Source of the DNA: Candidatus Parcubacteria bacterium
GTDB taxonomy: Bacteria > Patescibacteriota > Minisyncoccia > Phycocordibacterales > UBA918
Direction: 5' to 3'
Length of the DNA: 54,345 bases
Assembly (NCBI GenBank): GCA_039799085.1
Contig: JBDLTL010000003.1
Span: 1-54,345 of the forward strand
Positions 8,657 to 16,998 of this stretch are shown here, piece by piece (the first letter of the stretch is position 1; every line of letters begins with the position of its first letter). Position numbers and translations under genes: made by a program. Below the pieces are notes generated by a model. The model had not been told where the DNA came from. It did not search any database and worked only from the letters and a program-made list of their open reading frames with translations.

Positions 8657-8657
8657 A

Positions 8658-9326
8658 TTATTTTGCTAAGTCTCTTAGCGCTAGTTCAATCCATCGATTG
8701 AGTTTATGCTTCAAAACTGTGTTGCCGATTATAGTATTTCCAACGCCAAAGTGCAACGTCTCCTTGGTCTTTTGACTGTTGATGTACTGATTCTTGTAAA
8801 ACTGAGCGTAGGGGAGGGTTGTGGCTGTTTTCCAGCGTTTCATACAAGTTTCCTCAGACTGACCTTTGTATAGCAATATCCAAAAATGAATATCCTTTTT
8901 CTCAGCTCCAAGGAACCCAAGTGCAAACTTAATGAAAAGCTTGTGCGCTCCAAGCGAAGTACCAGAAAGACGTATCTGGCGCTCGTTTTTCATATCACCC
9001 TGAGTCAGATAGAGCATAAGCCCCGCCACAAACAGGGGATTGTCTTTGTAGTGCTTATACTCTGTCTCAGCTGAACGCACCGCTTCTTTATACCGATGGG
9101 CTCGCTCGCCACTACGCGCCTTACTCATAAGCTGCAACCGTTTCGCATTCTCAACTCCAGCACGCTTCTTATTCTGCTTCGTTACATTCTCTGAAATAAC
9201 GTTATTTTTCAACCATTTTGAGACCGTACTCTTTGACACATCACATATCTTTGCAACCTCTTCCAGAGTAAAACCTCTCTTTCGAAACTCCAAAGCCTGT
9301 TGGTACTTGCCCTCATTACGAACCAT
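8658..9326 (-). CDS. HTH plus LAGLIDADG-like domain protein
   Basis: N-terminal HTH (GFTLEEVAKICDVSKSTVSKWL); LFVAGLMLYLTQGD helix resembles the GLMLYWAEG motif of CPR/actinobacterial LAGLIDADG-like proteins. Confidence 0.65.
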   Translation of the reverse strand: MVRNEGKYQQALEFRKRGFTLEEVAKICDVSKSTVSKWLKNNVISENVTKQNKKRAGVENAKRLQLMSKARSGERAHRYKEAVRSAETEYKHYKDNPLFVAGLMLYLTQGDMKNERQIRLSGTSLGAHKLFIKFALGFLGAEKKDIHFWILLYKGQSEETCMKRWKTATTLPYAQFYKNQYINSQKTKETLHFGVGNTIIGNTVLKHKLNRWIELALRDLAK

Positions 9327-9434
9327 ATAGTTAGTATATTATATATGAATTATATATGTTTCGTTTGCCATTATACACAGAAAAGGCCCGGGATATTCCG
9401 AGCCTCTCTTTCTCTTCGCTAACAAGTAATCGCG

Positions 9435-9719
9435 TTAAGAATCTCCTTTGATTTCCTCAGCCACAACCACTATCCAACCCTGTGGACCAACAACAGCTGA
9501 GTGCGGGGTACCGGGCGGCACATCAAACCGTTCCCCAAGCTTTACTTCACGTTTTTTACCGTTAAAATCAAACGTAATCGAGCCATCAGTGACAAAAAGA
9601 CTAACCTTACCCTTATGCGCATGCTCTTCATAGATGGTGTCAGGAGCATCTTGCCATTCATAAATACTCAAAAATCCCTCGTCTTCAAATTTCTTAATCC
9701 ACCGTTCAGACAATTCCAT
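9435..9719 (-). CDS. cupin domain protein
   Basis: HAH...LFV.DGS and GERFDVPPGTPHSA cupin motifs; start moved to MELSE. Confidence 0.85.
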   Translation of the reverse strand: MELSERWIKKFEDEGFLSIYEWQDAPDTIYEEHAHKGKVSLFVTDGSITFDFNGKKREVKLGERFDVPPGTPHSAVVGPQGWIVVVAEEIKGDS

Positions 9720-9787
9720 ACCCGAATGATACAACCAGTGAATCCTCGTTGCAAAAGCGCTGATTTCACCGTATGATGCTACGCACT

Positions 9788-9859
9788 GCACCTATGGTGA
9801 AATGGATATCACAACTGACTTCGGATCAGTCGTTCTGGGTTCGAGTCCTGGTAGGTGCA
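9788..9859 (+). tRNA. tRNA-Arg(TCG)
   Basis: GCACCTA/TAGGTGC acceptor, ACTGA-CT-TCG-GA-TCAGT anticodon arm, TTCGAGT T-loop. Confidence 0.95.
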
Positions 9860-9860
9860 C

Positions 9861-10006
9861 CTGAAATAGTAATGCCGGCTTTATGCCGGTTTTGCTATTT
9901 TAGGCCTAGGGACTCGAAGCCCGATTGAGCTGGATTGTGAGCCCTGCGAAACAATCCAGCCAATTGGGATACTGGCTCTGTAAGAGCCGAGTCCTGGTAG
10001 GTGCAC
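9861..10006 (+). repeat. tRNA-Arg 3' tail element with 19-bp duplication of the tRNA 3' end
   Basis: CGAGTCCTGGTAGGTGCAC at 9842-9860 and 9988-10006; inverted degenerate copy GCCTAGGGACTCGAA at 9904-9918. Confidence 0.85.
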
Positions 10007-10051
10007 AAACGAGAGAAACGCCTTTGGGCGTTTTTCTGTTAGAATATACAC

Positions 10052-11524
10052 GTGAAAATTAGTAATACTGATATACCGTTAGTCGTCCGCCAGACTGCGG
10101 AAACACTAGAAAACGCTGGGTTTGAAGCGTATCTTGTCGGAGGCTGCGTTCGTGACTTACTACGCAGCAAGGCTCCCAAAGACTGGGACCTCACCACCGA
10201 TGCTCATCCTGAACAAATTCAGGCGCTTTTCGTGGAACACTATGCGAATAACGATTTTGGAACAATTGGGGTAAAAACTGAGGACGAAGACCCTACCCTC
10301 GCAGTCATTGAAATCACCCCATATCGTAGTGAAAGCGGTTACACGGACCTTAGACGACCAGATACTGTGACTTTTGGCGTTTCACTCGATGAAGACTTAG
10401 CGCGTCGTGACTTCACCGTAAATGCGCTCGCATACCGTCCAAAGACCGGAGTTTTGGTAGATCACTTCGACGGACTTTCTGACCTGGCTGCCAAGCGACT
10501 CGCGACAGTAGGGGACGCTCACGAGCGATTCAATGAAGACGCTCTCCGCATGATGCGTGCAGTACGCTTAGCAGCTGAGCTCGGTTTTGTTATTGATGGC
10601 GAAACAATGACCGCGATAGCTGAAAATAACCTTCTTTTAAAGCGCATTTCAATCGAACGTGTAGCCGCTGAATTCTCTCGCCTTATCGCCTCAAAAGAGC
10701 CAATGCAGGGTATTATTTTCCTTGAAAAATTAGGTTTGCTTCAACACGTTATTCCAGAGCTTCGCGATGGAATCGACTGTGAGCAGGGAGGTATCCATGC
10801 CTACGACGTACTTGAGCACAACCTTCGCACTCTCCAAGCAGCTGCTGACAAAGATTTTTCGTTCCACGTTCGTCTTGCTGCTCTGTTACACGACATTGGT
10901 AAACCAGCAACCAGGAGAACGGGTGGCAAAAACAAGCACTACACCTTCTTTGGTCACGAAGTAGTGGGAGCGAGAATGACAAAAAGCATTCTTGAACGCC
11001 TCAAAATGCCTCGTGAAACCATAGATATCGTGGTCAATCTGGTCCGCTGGCACATGTTTTTCTCTGATCCAGACCAAATCACGCTCTCTGCGGTACGTCG
11101 GACCATCACAAGAATAGGGGAGGAGCACATCGAAGACCTCCTCAACCTCCGTGTTTGTGATCGTATTGGCACCGGACGCCCAAAAGAACAGCCCTTCCGC
11201 TTCCGCAAATACAAAGCCATGGTTGATGAAGCACTCCGTGACCCTATTTCAGTAAAGATGCTCAAGGTGAATGGTGATCGCATCATGGAAATGACCGGAG
11301 AAAAGCCAGGGAAGCGACTTGGATACGTATTACACGCTCTTCTTGAAGAAGCATTGGAGGACAGCACTAAAAATACAGCTCAATATATGGAAAAAAGAGC
11401 TATCGAGTTACTTGATTTGCCTGAAAGTGACCTGGTCGAGCTCGCCGAGGCAGGGAAGCGTAGACAAGCCGAAGAGGAAGCACAAGCTCTAAGGGACATC
11501 GCCCGGGAACATAAGGTAGGATAG
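10052..11524 (+). CDS. cca: CCA tRNA nucleotidyltransferase with HD domain
   Basis: VGGCVRD, DWDLTT, RRDFTVNA, EDALRMMR, LLHDIGK motifs. Confidence 0.93.
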   Translation: MKISNTDIPLVVRQTAETLENAGFEAYLVGGCVRDLLRSKAPKDWDLTTDAHPEQIQALFVEHYANNDFGTIGVKTEDEDPTLAVIEITPYRSESGYTDLRRPDTVTFGVSLDEDLARRDFTVNALAYRPKTGVLVDHFDGLSDLAAKRLATVGDAHERFNEDALRMMRAVRLAAELGFVIDGETMTAIAENNLLLKRISIERVAAEFSRLIASKEPMQGIIFLEKLGLLQHVIPELRDGIDCEQGGIHAYDVLEHNLRTLQAAADKDFSFHVRLAALLHDIGKPATRRTGGKNKHYTFFGHEVVGARMTKSILERLKMPRETIDIVVNLVRWHMFFSDPDQITLSAVRRTITRIGEEHIEDLLNLRVCDRIGTGRPKEQPFRFRKYKAMVDEALRDPISVKMLKVNGDRIMEMTGEKPGKRLGYVLHALLEEALEDSTKNTAQYMEKRAIELLDLPESDLVELAEAGKRRQAEEEAQALRDIAREHKVG

Positions 11525-11589
11525 TGTCCTTTATACAAAAGCGGCCAGCATGGCCGCTTTTGTATTTCGTTATTAAAATTTGAGAATAG

Positions 11590-11648
11590 AAAAAGGCTTG
11601 GGGGGATTGATAGACAAGTGACTTATCTGACAATCTCCCCAAGCCTTT
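11590..11648 (-). terminator. long hairpin / minus-strand terminator
   Basis: AAAGGCTTGGGG...CCCCAAGCCTTT with the U-tract on the minus strand. Confidence 0.7.
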
Positions 11649-11948
11649 GGGTTTTGAAAGAGCTTTTTATTTTGGAGGGTTATGGTAACCCAAGTGCGCG
11701 CCTAATTGGCTATGGCTAACGCTATCCGAAGCTCTATGTTGTACGAAATCTTTTGGTGATGAGACTTGTTATGAGTAACATCTCGATTTCATTTTATAGG
11801 GTGGGTGTTATGAACTAGAGTTTTTTTGGAGGTAATAAACTCATTTGGATTTTGGAAGATCTCTTTAAGGGGTACCCCCTGAGACTTGCTGGGAAGATGT
11901 TTCTCTTCAAGTCTCAGGAGATTCCTGCTCGCCCTCTCTGGGCCTGCA
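11590..11948 (-). ncRNA. candidate ~360-nt non-coding RNA with repeated CAUA hairpins
   Basis: no convincing CDS in a 566-bp gap; -10-like TAGTAT near 11952-11957, structured 5' part (CCTGAGACTTG/CAAGTCTCAGG), five CATA(A/G) motifs, terminator. Confidence 0.4.
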
Positions 11949-11964
11949 TATATACTACTCAGAG

Positions 11965-12019
11965 TAAAGGACACTGTAAAGGACAGTAGTGTGCATAACT
12001 GTGAATAACTTGTCCTTTA
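11965..12019. promoter_or_regulatory. TAAAGGACA operator-like repeats flanking two DnaA boxes
   Basis: TAAAGGACA 11965 and 11977, TGTCCTTTA 12011; TGTGCATAA and TGTGAATAA between them. Confidence 0.55.
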
Positions 12020-12090
12020 AAAAAACACGACTCTCTTTTTGACAATTTTGAGAATCGTGTGATTGTGTTTTTTCCCATATAGGCTTTATT

Positions 12091-12882
12091 TTAAAGGCTA
12101 ATATCTATGGAGACAGGGCAATGATCACTTCCATAGGCATCTGCATGGATACGTGCACTTTTTACAAGTGGTGTGAGTTCTTCAGAAATCATCACATAGT
12201 CAATGCGCCAACCAACGTTCCGCTCTCTTGCATTTCCAAAGTGTGACCACCAGGTATAATTGCCATTTTCTTGATTGAAGATGCGGAAGCTATCAACAAA
12301 TTTTTTCTCCACCATGGCATCAAATCCACTTCGCTCCTCGTCGGTAAATCCTTTCTTGCCTTTGTTCTCCTTCGGGCGGGCGAGGTCGAGCTCAGTGTGT
12401 GCGACATTGAAATCGCCACAGAAGATAACGGGCTTCTCCTCTTGCAGTCTATCCATATACTCGAGGAAAGCAGGGTCCCAAGCCTGGCGCATCGGGATGC
12501 GAGAAAGGTCGTCCTTGGCATTTGGTGTATATACGGTCGCTACATAGAACCCTTCGAACTCAGCAACCAATACTCGGCCTTCTTTGGTGGTGTCACCATA
12601 GCTATCTGCGAGCTGATACTTACTCGCAATATCCTCTGGAATCCCATGAAATACCTCTACTGGTGTGATTTTGCTGAAAATAGCAGTACCAGAGTAGCCC
12701 TTTTTCTCAGCAGAGTTCCAATATTCCTCATATTGTGGCCAATCGAGGTCAACCTGCTCGTGATTTGCTTTGGTTTCTTGTAAACAAAGGATATCAGGGT
12801 CGTGTTTATCAAGAAATGTTTGTAAATCGCCCTTTTTTATCACTGCGCGAATCCCGTTCACGTTCCATGAGTAGATTTTCAT
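12091..12882 (-). CDS. xth: exodeoxyribonuclease III / AP endonuclease
   Basis: SWNVNGIRA, LQETK, GDFNVAH, GWRIDY, SDHCP motifs. Confidence 0.96.
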   Translation of the reverse strand: MKIYSWNVNGIRAVIKKGDLQTFLDKHDPDILCLQETKANHEQVDLDWPQYEEYWNSAEKKGYSGTAIFSKITPVEVFHGIPEDIASKYQLADSYGDTTKEGRVLVAEFEGFYVATVYTPNAKDDLSRIPMRQAWDPAFLEYMDRLQEEKPVIFCGDFNVAHTELDLARPKENKGKKGFTDEERSGFDAMVEKKFVDSFRIFNQENGNYTWWSHFGNARERNVGWRIDYVMISEELTPLVKSARIHADAYGSDHCPVSIDISL

Positions 12883-12964
12883 GGCTCAAGTGTACCGCGA
12901 CTGCAATAAAATTTCGAATCTCTGCGTATTTGCTATACTTTGCCTATAACTTCTACTCATATAT

Positions 12965-13501
12965 ATGTACACCATATCCAACATTAACCTTATCTTTTCT
13001 CTCGCAGGACTTGCGCTAGGAGCAGTAACGATTCTCCTTTACGTCGATTACTTCTTTTTGAAGCGCGCATATTACCTCCGCTACGGAAGCGTCTGGGCTT
13101 GGCCGGCGATTATCGCGGTGACGGTAGGGAGTGTAGCGGTCTCGCTCTTTTACTCTGAGTGGCTTGGGTTTATCCCGTGTTCGCTCTGCTGGCTTCAGCG
13201 TATCGCGCTCTACCCACAAGCGCTCTTTGCTATCATGGCGTTTCGCATCAAGGAAACAACCTACTTCCCGATGTACAACATCGCGCTCTCAGTCTTTGGA
13301 CTTCTTGTCGCTGTGTACCAATACATCTACCAAATGCTTCCAAAAGAAGTCTCGAGCGGAGTCATGCCGTGTCTTGCCGACGGCTCTGGCGACTGCGCAC
13401 TCAAGGTAATCGAAACCTTTGGCTTTGTAACCTTCCCACTCCTCTCTGCTATTACCTTCGCGTTTTTGATTGTGATGTATTTGAATTTAAGGAGGAGTTG
13501 A
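12965..13501 (+). CDS. dsbB: disulfide bond formation protein B family
   Basis: PCSLCWLQR motif, second Cys pair, multiple TM helices. Confidence 0.88.
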   Translation: MYTISNINLIFSLAGLALGAVTILLYVDYFFLKRAYYLRYGSVWAWPAIIAVTVGSVAVSLFYSEWLGFIPCSLCWLQRIALYPQALFAIMAFRIKETTYFPMYNIALSVFGLLVAVYQYIYQMLPKEVSSGVMPCLADGSGDCALKVIETFGFVTFPLLSAITFAFLIVMYLNLRRS

Positions 13502-13525
13502 TTTGACTTCTGATAGAATTAGAAG

Positions 13526-13663
13526 ATGCAAAAAATTGAGTTCTCTAAAAACCTTATAAAAGGTCGGGTTGGTGAAATGACATTTGAACAAATGCTACGC
13601 GATGAAGGCGAATCCGCATCCGGAGATACTTTCAATAATGCATTCTGGGGGAGTACACTTTGA
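13526..13663 (+). pseudogene. truncated 45-codon gene remnant, possibly a PD-(D/E)XK-like nuclease N-terminus
   Basis: MQKIEFSKNLIKGRVGEMTFEQMLRDEG resembles the G..GE helix that begins such nucleases, then the ORF stops early. Confidence 0.35.
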
Positions 13664-13763
13664 TGCAAGTTCTTTTTAACAGAGAGTGGTGCTTGTTTGG
13701 AAATAGACAAAAAATTATTTTTGTTGTACTGTCCTCCTTGGATTTAAGCTGAAAGGACACTGC

Positions 13764-14528
13764 ATGCCCTACCAAGAGACTCAGCCGATGCTTGTGACAT
13801 TTGTGGGCGAGGCTGGCTCTCGAGCTAGCGCCCGCACCTTTCTCCCCGAAAACGGAACTTACCTCCGAAGCCTCAACGGAGACCTGATTGGGAAAATACC
13901 CGAAGGTGAGCAGCCAGTGATGTATGCTCGTTTCGATGAAGTGGGAGGGGAGAAACTCATGGGAGTTATTAAAGACCCTCTACTCAAAAGCCGGCTCCTT
14001 GAATACCTTGACCAGTACTTGGGAAAGAAATACACCAATTGCTCAGCCTTTGCGCACTTCCTTTTCACGGGTGAATTTATCGAATGCGAAGAGGAAAACA
14101 ATTTGACTGTGGTACGCCACCACATGCAACAGTACCGAAATGTGCAACGAGTACATATCGGCGACATGCTCTGTGTGATCCACGTGCGACAACGTTTTGC
14201 GCAATCGAGAAGGACGGGGTGGCGAAACAACTACCTCAAGGTGAAGAAGAGCCGCAATGACAAAGGCGCTTGCCTGACTCGTTCGCTTCGGACCGAAGAA
14301 CAGGTATTGTCTCCAGAAGAGATTTTGGAGTTTTGCAAAAGTCCGCTCATGGTCGACTATCACTTCATGGTGTGTGTCGACATCAAGAACGGAAAACCTG
14401 TGTGGCTCTCGCAACTCGGCCGCGATGACGGAAAGGAGGAACTCGCTCCACTCGCTATCACGCACGGGAACGAGGACTTGCGACCGAACGAAGTTCCTCT
14501 CCTCACGCTCATCAAGCGAAGGAAATGA
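13764..14528 (+). CDS. hypothetical protein
   Basis: 254-aa ORF with AAGGA SD and a downstream hairpin (14537-14577); NC..FAH and YHF.V motifs. Confidence 0.7.
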   Translation: MPYQETQPMLVTFVGEAGSRASARTFLPENGTYLRSLNGDLIGKIPEGEQPVMYARFDEVGGEKLMGVIKDPLLKSRLLEYLDQYLGKKYTNCSAFAHFLFTGEFIECEEENNLTVVRHHMQQYRNVQRVHIGDMLCVIHVRQRFAQSRRTGWRNNYLKVKKSRNDKGACLTRSLRTEEQVLSPEEILEFCKSPLMVDYHFMVCVDIKNGKPVWLSQLGRDDGKEELAPLAITHGNEDLRPNEVPLLTLIKRRK

Positions 14529-14610
14529 AAGGGTGTCAGCCCGCAAAGCAGTCCGCACGGATCTGCTTTGCGGGCTGTTTTGTTTATACATATATATGTA
14601 TACTCATCGT

Positions 14611-15858
14611 ATGAAAAATACTTCGGTGTGGGATGTGATTGTGGTTGGTGGGGGACCGGCCGGCATGATGGCGGCAGCGACCGCCGGTGCTCGTGGTAAG
14701 CGAGTGCTCTTGCTTGAGAAAAACCCATCACTAGGGAAGAAACTCCTCGTCACCGGCGGTGGTCGCTGCAACGTCACCAACAACAAGCCCGACATACGCA
14801 CCATGCAAGCGCAGTATAAAGGGGCAGGGAAGTTTCTCTTTTCGCTCTTTGCAAAGCATGGAGTGAAGGAAAGTATCGAGTGGTTTGAGGCGCGCGGCGT
14901 GACGCTCAAAGAAGAGAACGAGGGGAGATTGTTTCCGACAACTGACTCCGCAAAGACAATCTTTGACACCTTAGTCGCAGAGATGAAAAAGAGTGGGGTA
15001 GTGGTGCGAACGAAAGCGGGAGTGAAAGGAGTGAAGCGTGTCAAAAATAGCTCCGATTTTTTTGACACGCTTCTTGATGGTGATGTTTTAGCTTCGACCG
15101 CTTGCATCATCGCTACCGGCGGCACCTCTCGCCCAGAAACTGGCGCAACCGGCGACGGCTACCCATGGCTCAAATCACTCGGGCACACGATAGTGCCGAA
15201 TAGTTTTTCACTTGTTCCACTTACACTGAAAAACACCTGGACCAAGAAGCTCTCAGGACTAACACTCACTAACATCAAGCTCACACTCTTTGCAGACGGA
15301 AAAAAGCATAGTGTGCACCCAGGGAAAATTCTCTTTACGCATGTCGGCGTAACTGGACCAACAGTTCTTAATATGAGTAAAACAGTGGGCGAGCTTTTGG
15401 CACACAGCGACGTCACGCTCGCACTCGATCTTTTTCCAGACATGGACGCCGGCGCATTCAAAAACCATCTGCGCCAAAAGCTCGCCGAACATTCCAACAA
15501 AAAACTGCGAAACGTCCTCTCTGAAATCGTCCCAACCGCCCTCGCCACTGATACCCTCGCAGAGCTATCAATAGATAGCGACACACCGTGTCACAGTGTC
15601 TCGACCGAAGACCGCGCAAAGCTGACAACGTTTCTCAAGGCAATACCGCTTTATATAAAGGGTTTGCTTGGAGAAGACAAAGCCATCGTATCCTCGGGCG
15701 GTGTTCCACTCACGGAACTTAATATGAAAACGATGGAATCAACCATCGTTCCACGACTCTTCATCGTCGGTGACCTCCTCAATATCGACCGACCATCTGG
15801 TGGATACAGCTTGCAGCTCTGCTGGAGCACCGGCTACATTGCTGGACAAGTGACGTGA
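14611..15858 (+). CDS. HI0933/YhiN/BaiN family flavoprotein oxidoreductase
   Basis: GGGPAGMMAA, GKKLLVTGGGRCNVTN, GGYSLQ.CWSTG; start moved to MKNTS. Confidence 0.93.
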   Translation: MKNTSVWDVIVVGGGPAGMMAAATAGARGKRVLLLEKNPSLGKKLLVTGGGRCNVTNNKPDIRTMQAQYKGAGKFLFSLFAKHGVKESIEWFEARGVTLKEENEGRLFPTTDSAKTIFDTLVAEMKKSGVVVRTKAGVKGVKRVKNSSDFFDTLLDGDVLASTACIIATGGTSRPETGATGDGYPWLKSLGHTIVPNSFSLVPLTLKNTWTKKLSGLTLTNIKLTLFADGKKHSVHPGKILFTHVGVTGPTVLNMSKTVGELLAHSDVTLALDLFPDMDAGAFKNHLRQKLAEHSNKKLRNVLSEIVPTALATDTLAELSIDSDTPCHSVSTEDRAKLTTFLKAIPLYIKGLLGEDKAIVSSGGVPLTELNMKTMESTIVPRLFIVGDLLNIDRPSGGYSLQLCWSTGYIAGQVT

Positions 15859-15913
15859 ACAAGCGAAGGCCGCCAGGAAAGGCGGCCTTTGTTGATTCAT
15901 TTACATAAGACGA

Positions 15914-16282
15914 TTAGATACCAATGTCAGGTGGCTTGGACTTCTGTTGTTCCAAGTGTTCTGGATGCAGACAAAAGTGTTGGTAATAGTACCTAACCTT
16001 GAGAGTTAGCATGGACTCAATAAGCTTCAGCTCCGTGTAGAGAAGCGTATCATTCTCCTCTATCGTCAACTCCCCCTTATCTCGTTTGGTGCGCAACGGA
16101 AGCAGTCCTGTTTCGACAACTGGAATAAATTTTTCCAGTTGATAAATCTGGTCTGGATTGTCACTGCACTCGATGTGAATCTGTTGATTAGGGACTGCTG
16201 CACCAAAATTTGTTTGAGCCGAAGCGATGGACCCCATAAAGAACGTCGGGGAGATGAAAGCTGCAGATAGAAGCAAACGCAT
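15914..16282 (-). CDS. hypothetical exported protein
   Basis: AAGGAGG SD; signal-peptide-like N-terminus ending ASA. Confidence 0.6.
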   Translation of the reverse strand: MRLLLSAAFISPTFFMGSIASAQTNFGAAVPNQQIHIECSDNPDQIYQLEKFIPVVETGLLPLRTKRDKGELTIEENDTLLYTELKLIESMLTLKVRYYYQHFCLHPEHLEQQKSKPPDIGI

Positions 16283-16356
16283 AAAACCTCCTTACTGGAC
16301 ACCTCTTGAGATAGTACTCCTTGGAGGAAGAAAAGCAATTATGCTACTCTGACAGC

Positions 16357-16998
16357 ATGAAAATGACTAAGTATGGGCACTGTTGTTTACTCCTTGAAAT
16401 TTCTGGAAAAAGAATTTTGATTGACCCAGGACGATTTAGTTCCGAACAAAACTCACTCCAGAATATTGATATCGTCCTCATCACTCACGAGCACGCCGAC
16501 CACTACCACACCGACTCAGTGGAATCGATTTTGAGAAATAACCCGGCTGCAGTGGTGGTGACCAATACGAGTGTTGCCGCCCTACTCAAAGAACTTGGAG
16601 TGACAGCGAATATTTTAGAAGGTCGAGCTGAACAGATAATTTCTGAAGTACTCCTATCTGCATATGATGGGGAACACGTAGAGATATTTGAGAATTTCGG
16701 TTTAGTCCAGAATACTGGGTACATGGTGGCAGGAGAGTTTTTCTTCCCAGGAGATGCGTACACCGTTCCTGATAAACCAGTAAGGGTTCTTGCGCTACCG
16801 GTTGCAGGTCCTTGGTGCAAACTTTCAGACGCAATACAGTACGGACTTTCGGTAAAGCCTTCTGTTGCAATTCCGGTTCATGACGCGACATTAAACGATG
16901 CAGGGAGAGCCGTGACCTACCCACACTGCGAAAGAGAGCTAGGGAAGATTGGCGCGCAGTTCATTGCGCTTGAGAATGGTGTGACGGCGGACGTGTAG
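16357..16998 (+). CDS. MBL-fold metallo-hydrolase
   Basis: GHCC, IDPG, THEHADH, PGD, PVHD motifs. Confidence 0.92.
   Translation: MKMTKYGHCCLLLEISGKRILIDPGRFSSEQNSLQNIDIVLITHEHADHYHTDSVESILRNNPAAVVVTNTSVAALLKELGVTANILEGRAEQIISEVLLSAYDGEHVEIFENFGLVQNTGYMVAGEFFFPGDAYTVPDKPVRVLALPVAGPWCKLSDAIQYGLSVKPSVAIPVHDATLNDAGRAVTYPHCERELGKIGAQFIALENGVTADV

Noticed and set aside
8431-8658. ORFs of 75 aa (8431-8658) and 100 aa (8314-8616), also 287-511 and 7139-7351
   Set aside because: They are shadow ORFs over tRNA genes and hairpins.
8408-10006. A genomic island bounded by the two tRNA duplications
   Set aside because: Each duplication pairs with its own tRNA only 146-174 bp away. They point outward from different tRNAs and enclose no integrase.
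11590-11948. tmRNA or RNase P RNA
   Set aside because: The size fits, but there are no GGGG/CCACCA tRNA-like ends and no GAGGAAAGUCC or CCGGCUUA RNase P signatures.
14374-14610. N-terminal extensions of ORF-track calls (yhiN-like, xerC, pnp, 42508, cupin, hydrolase)
   Set aside because: The extensions overlap neighbouring genes, terminators or promoters. Downstream ATGs match family N-termini and, in most cases, the -10 spacing.
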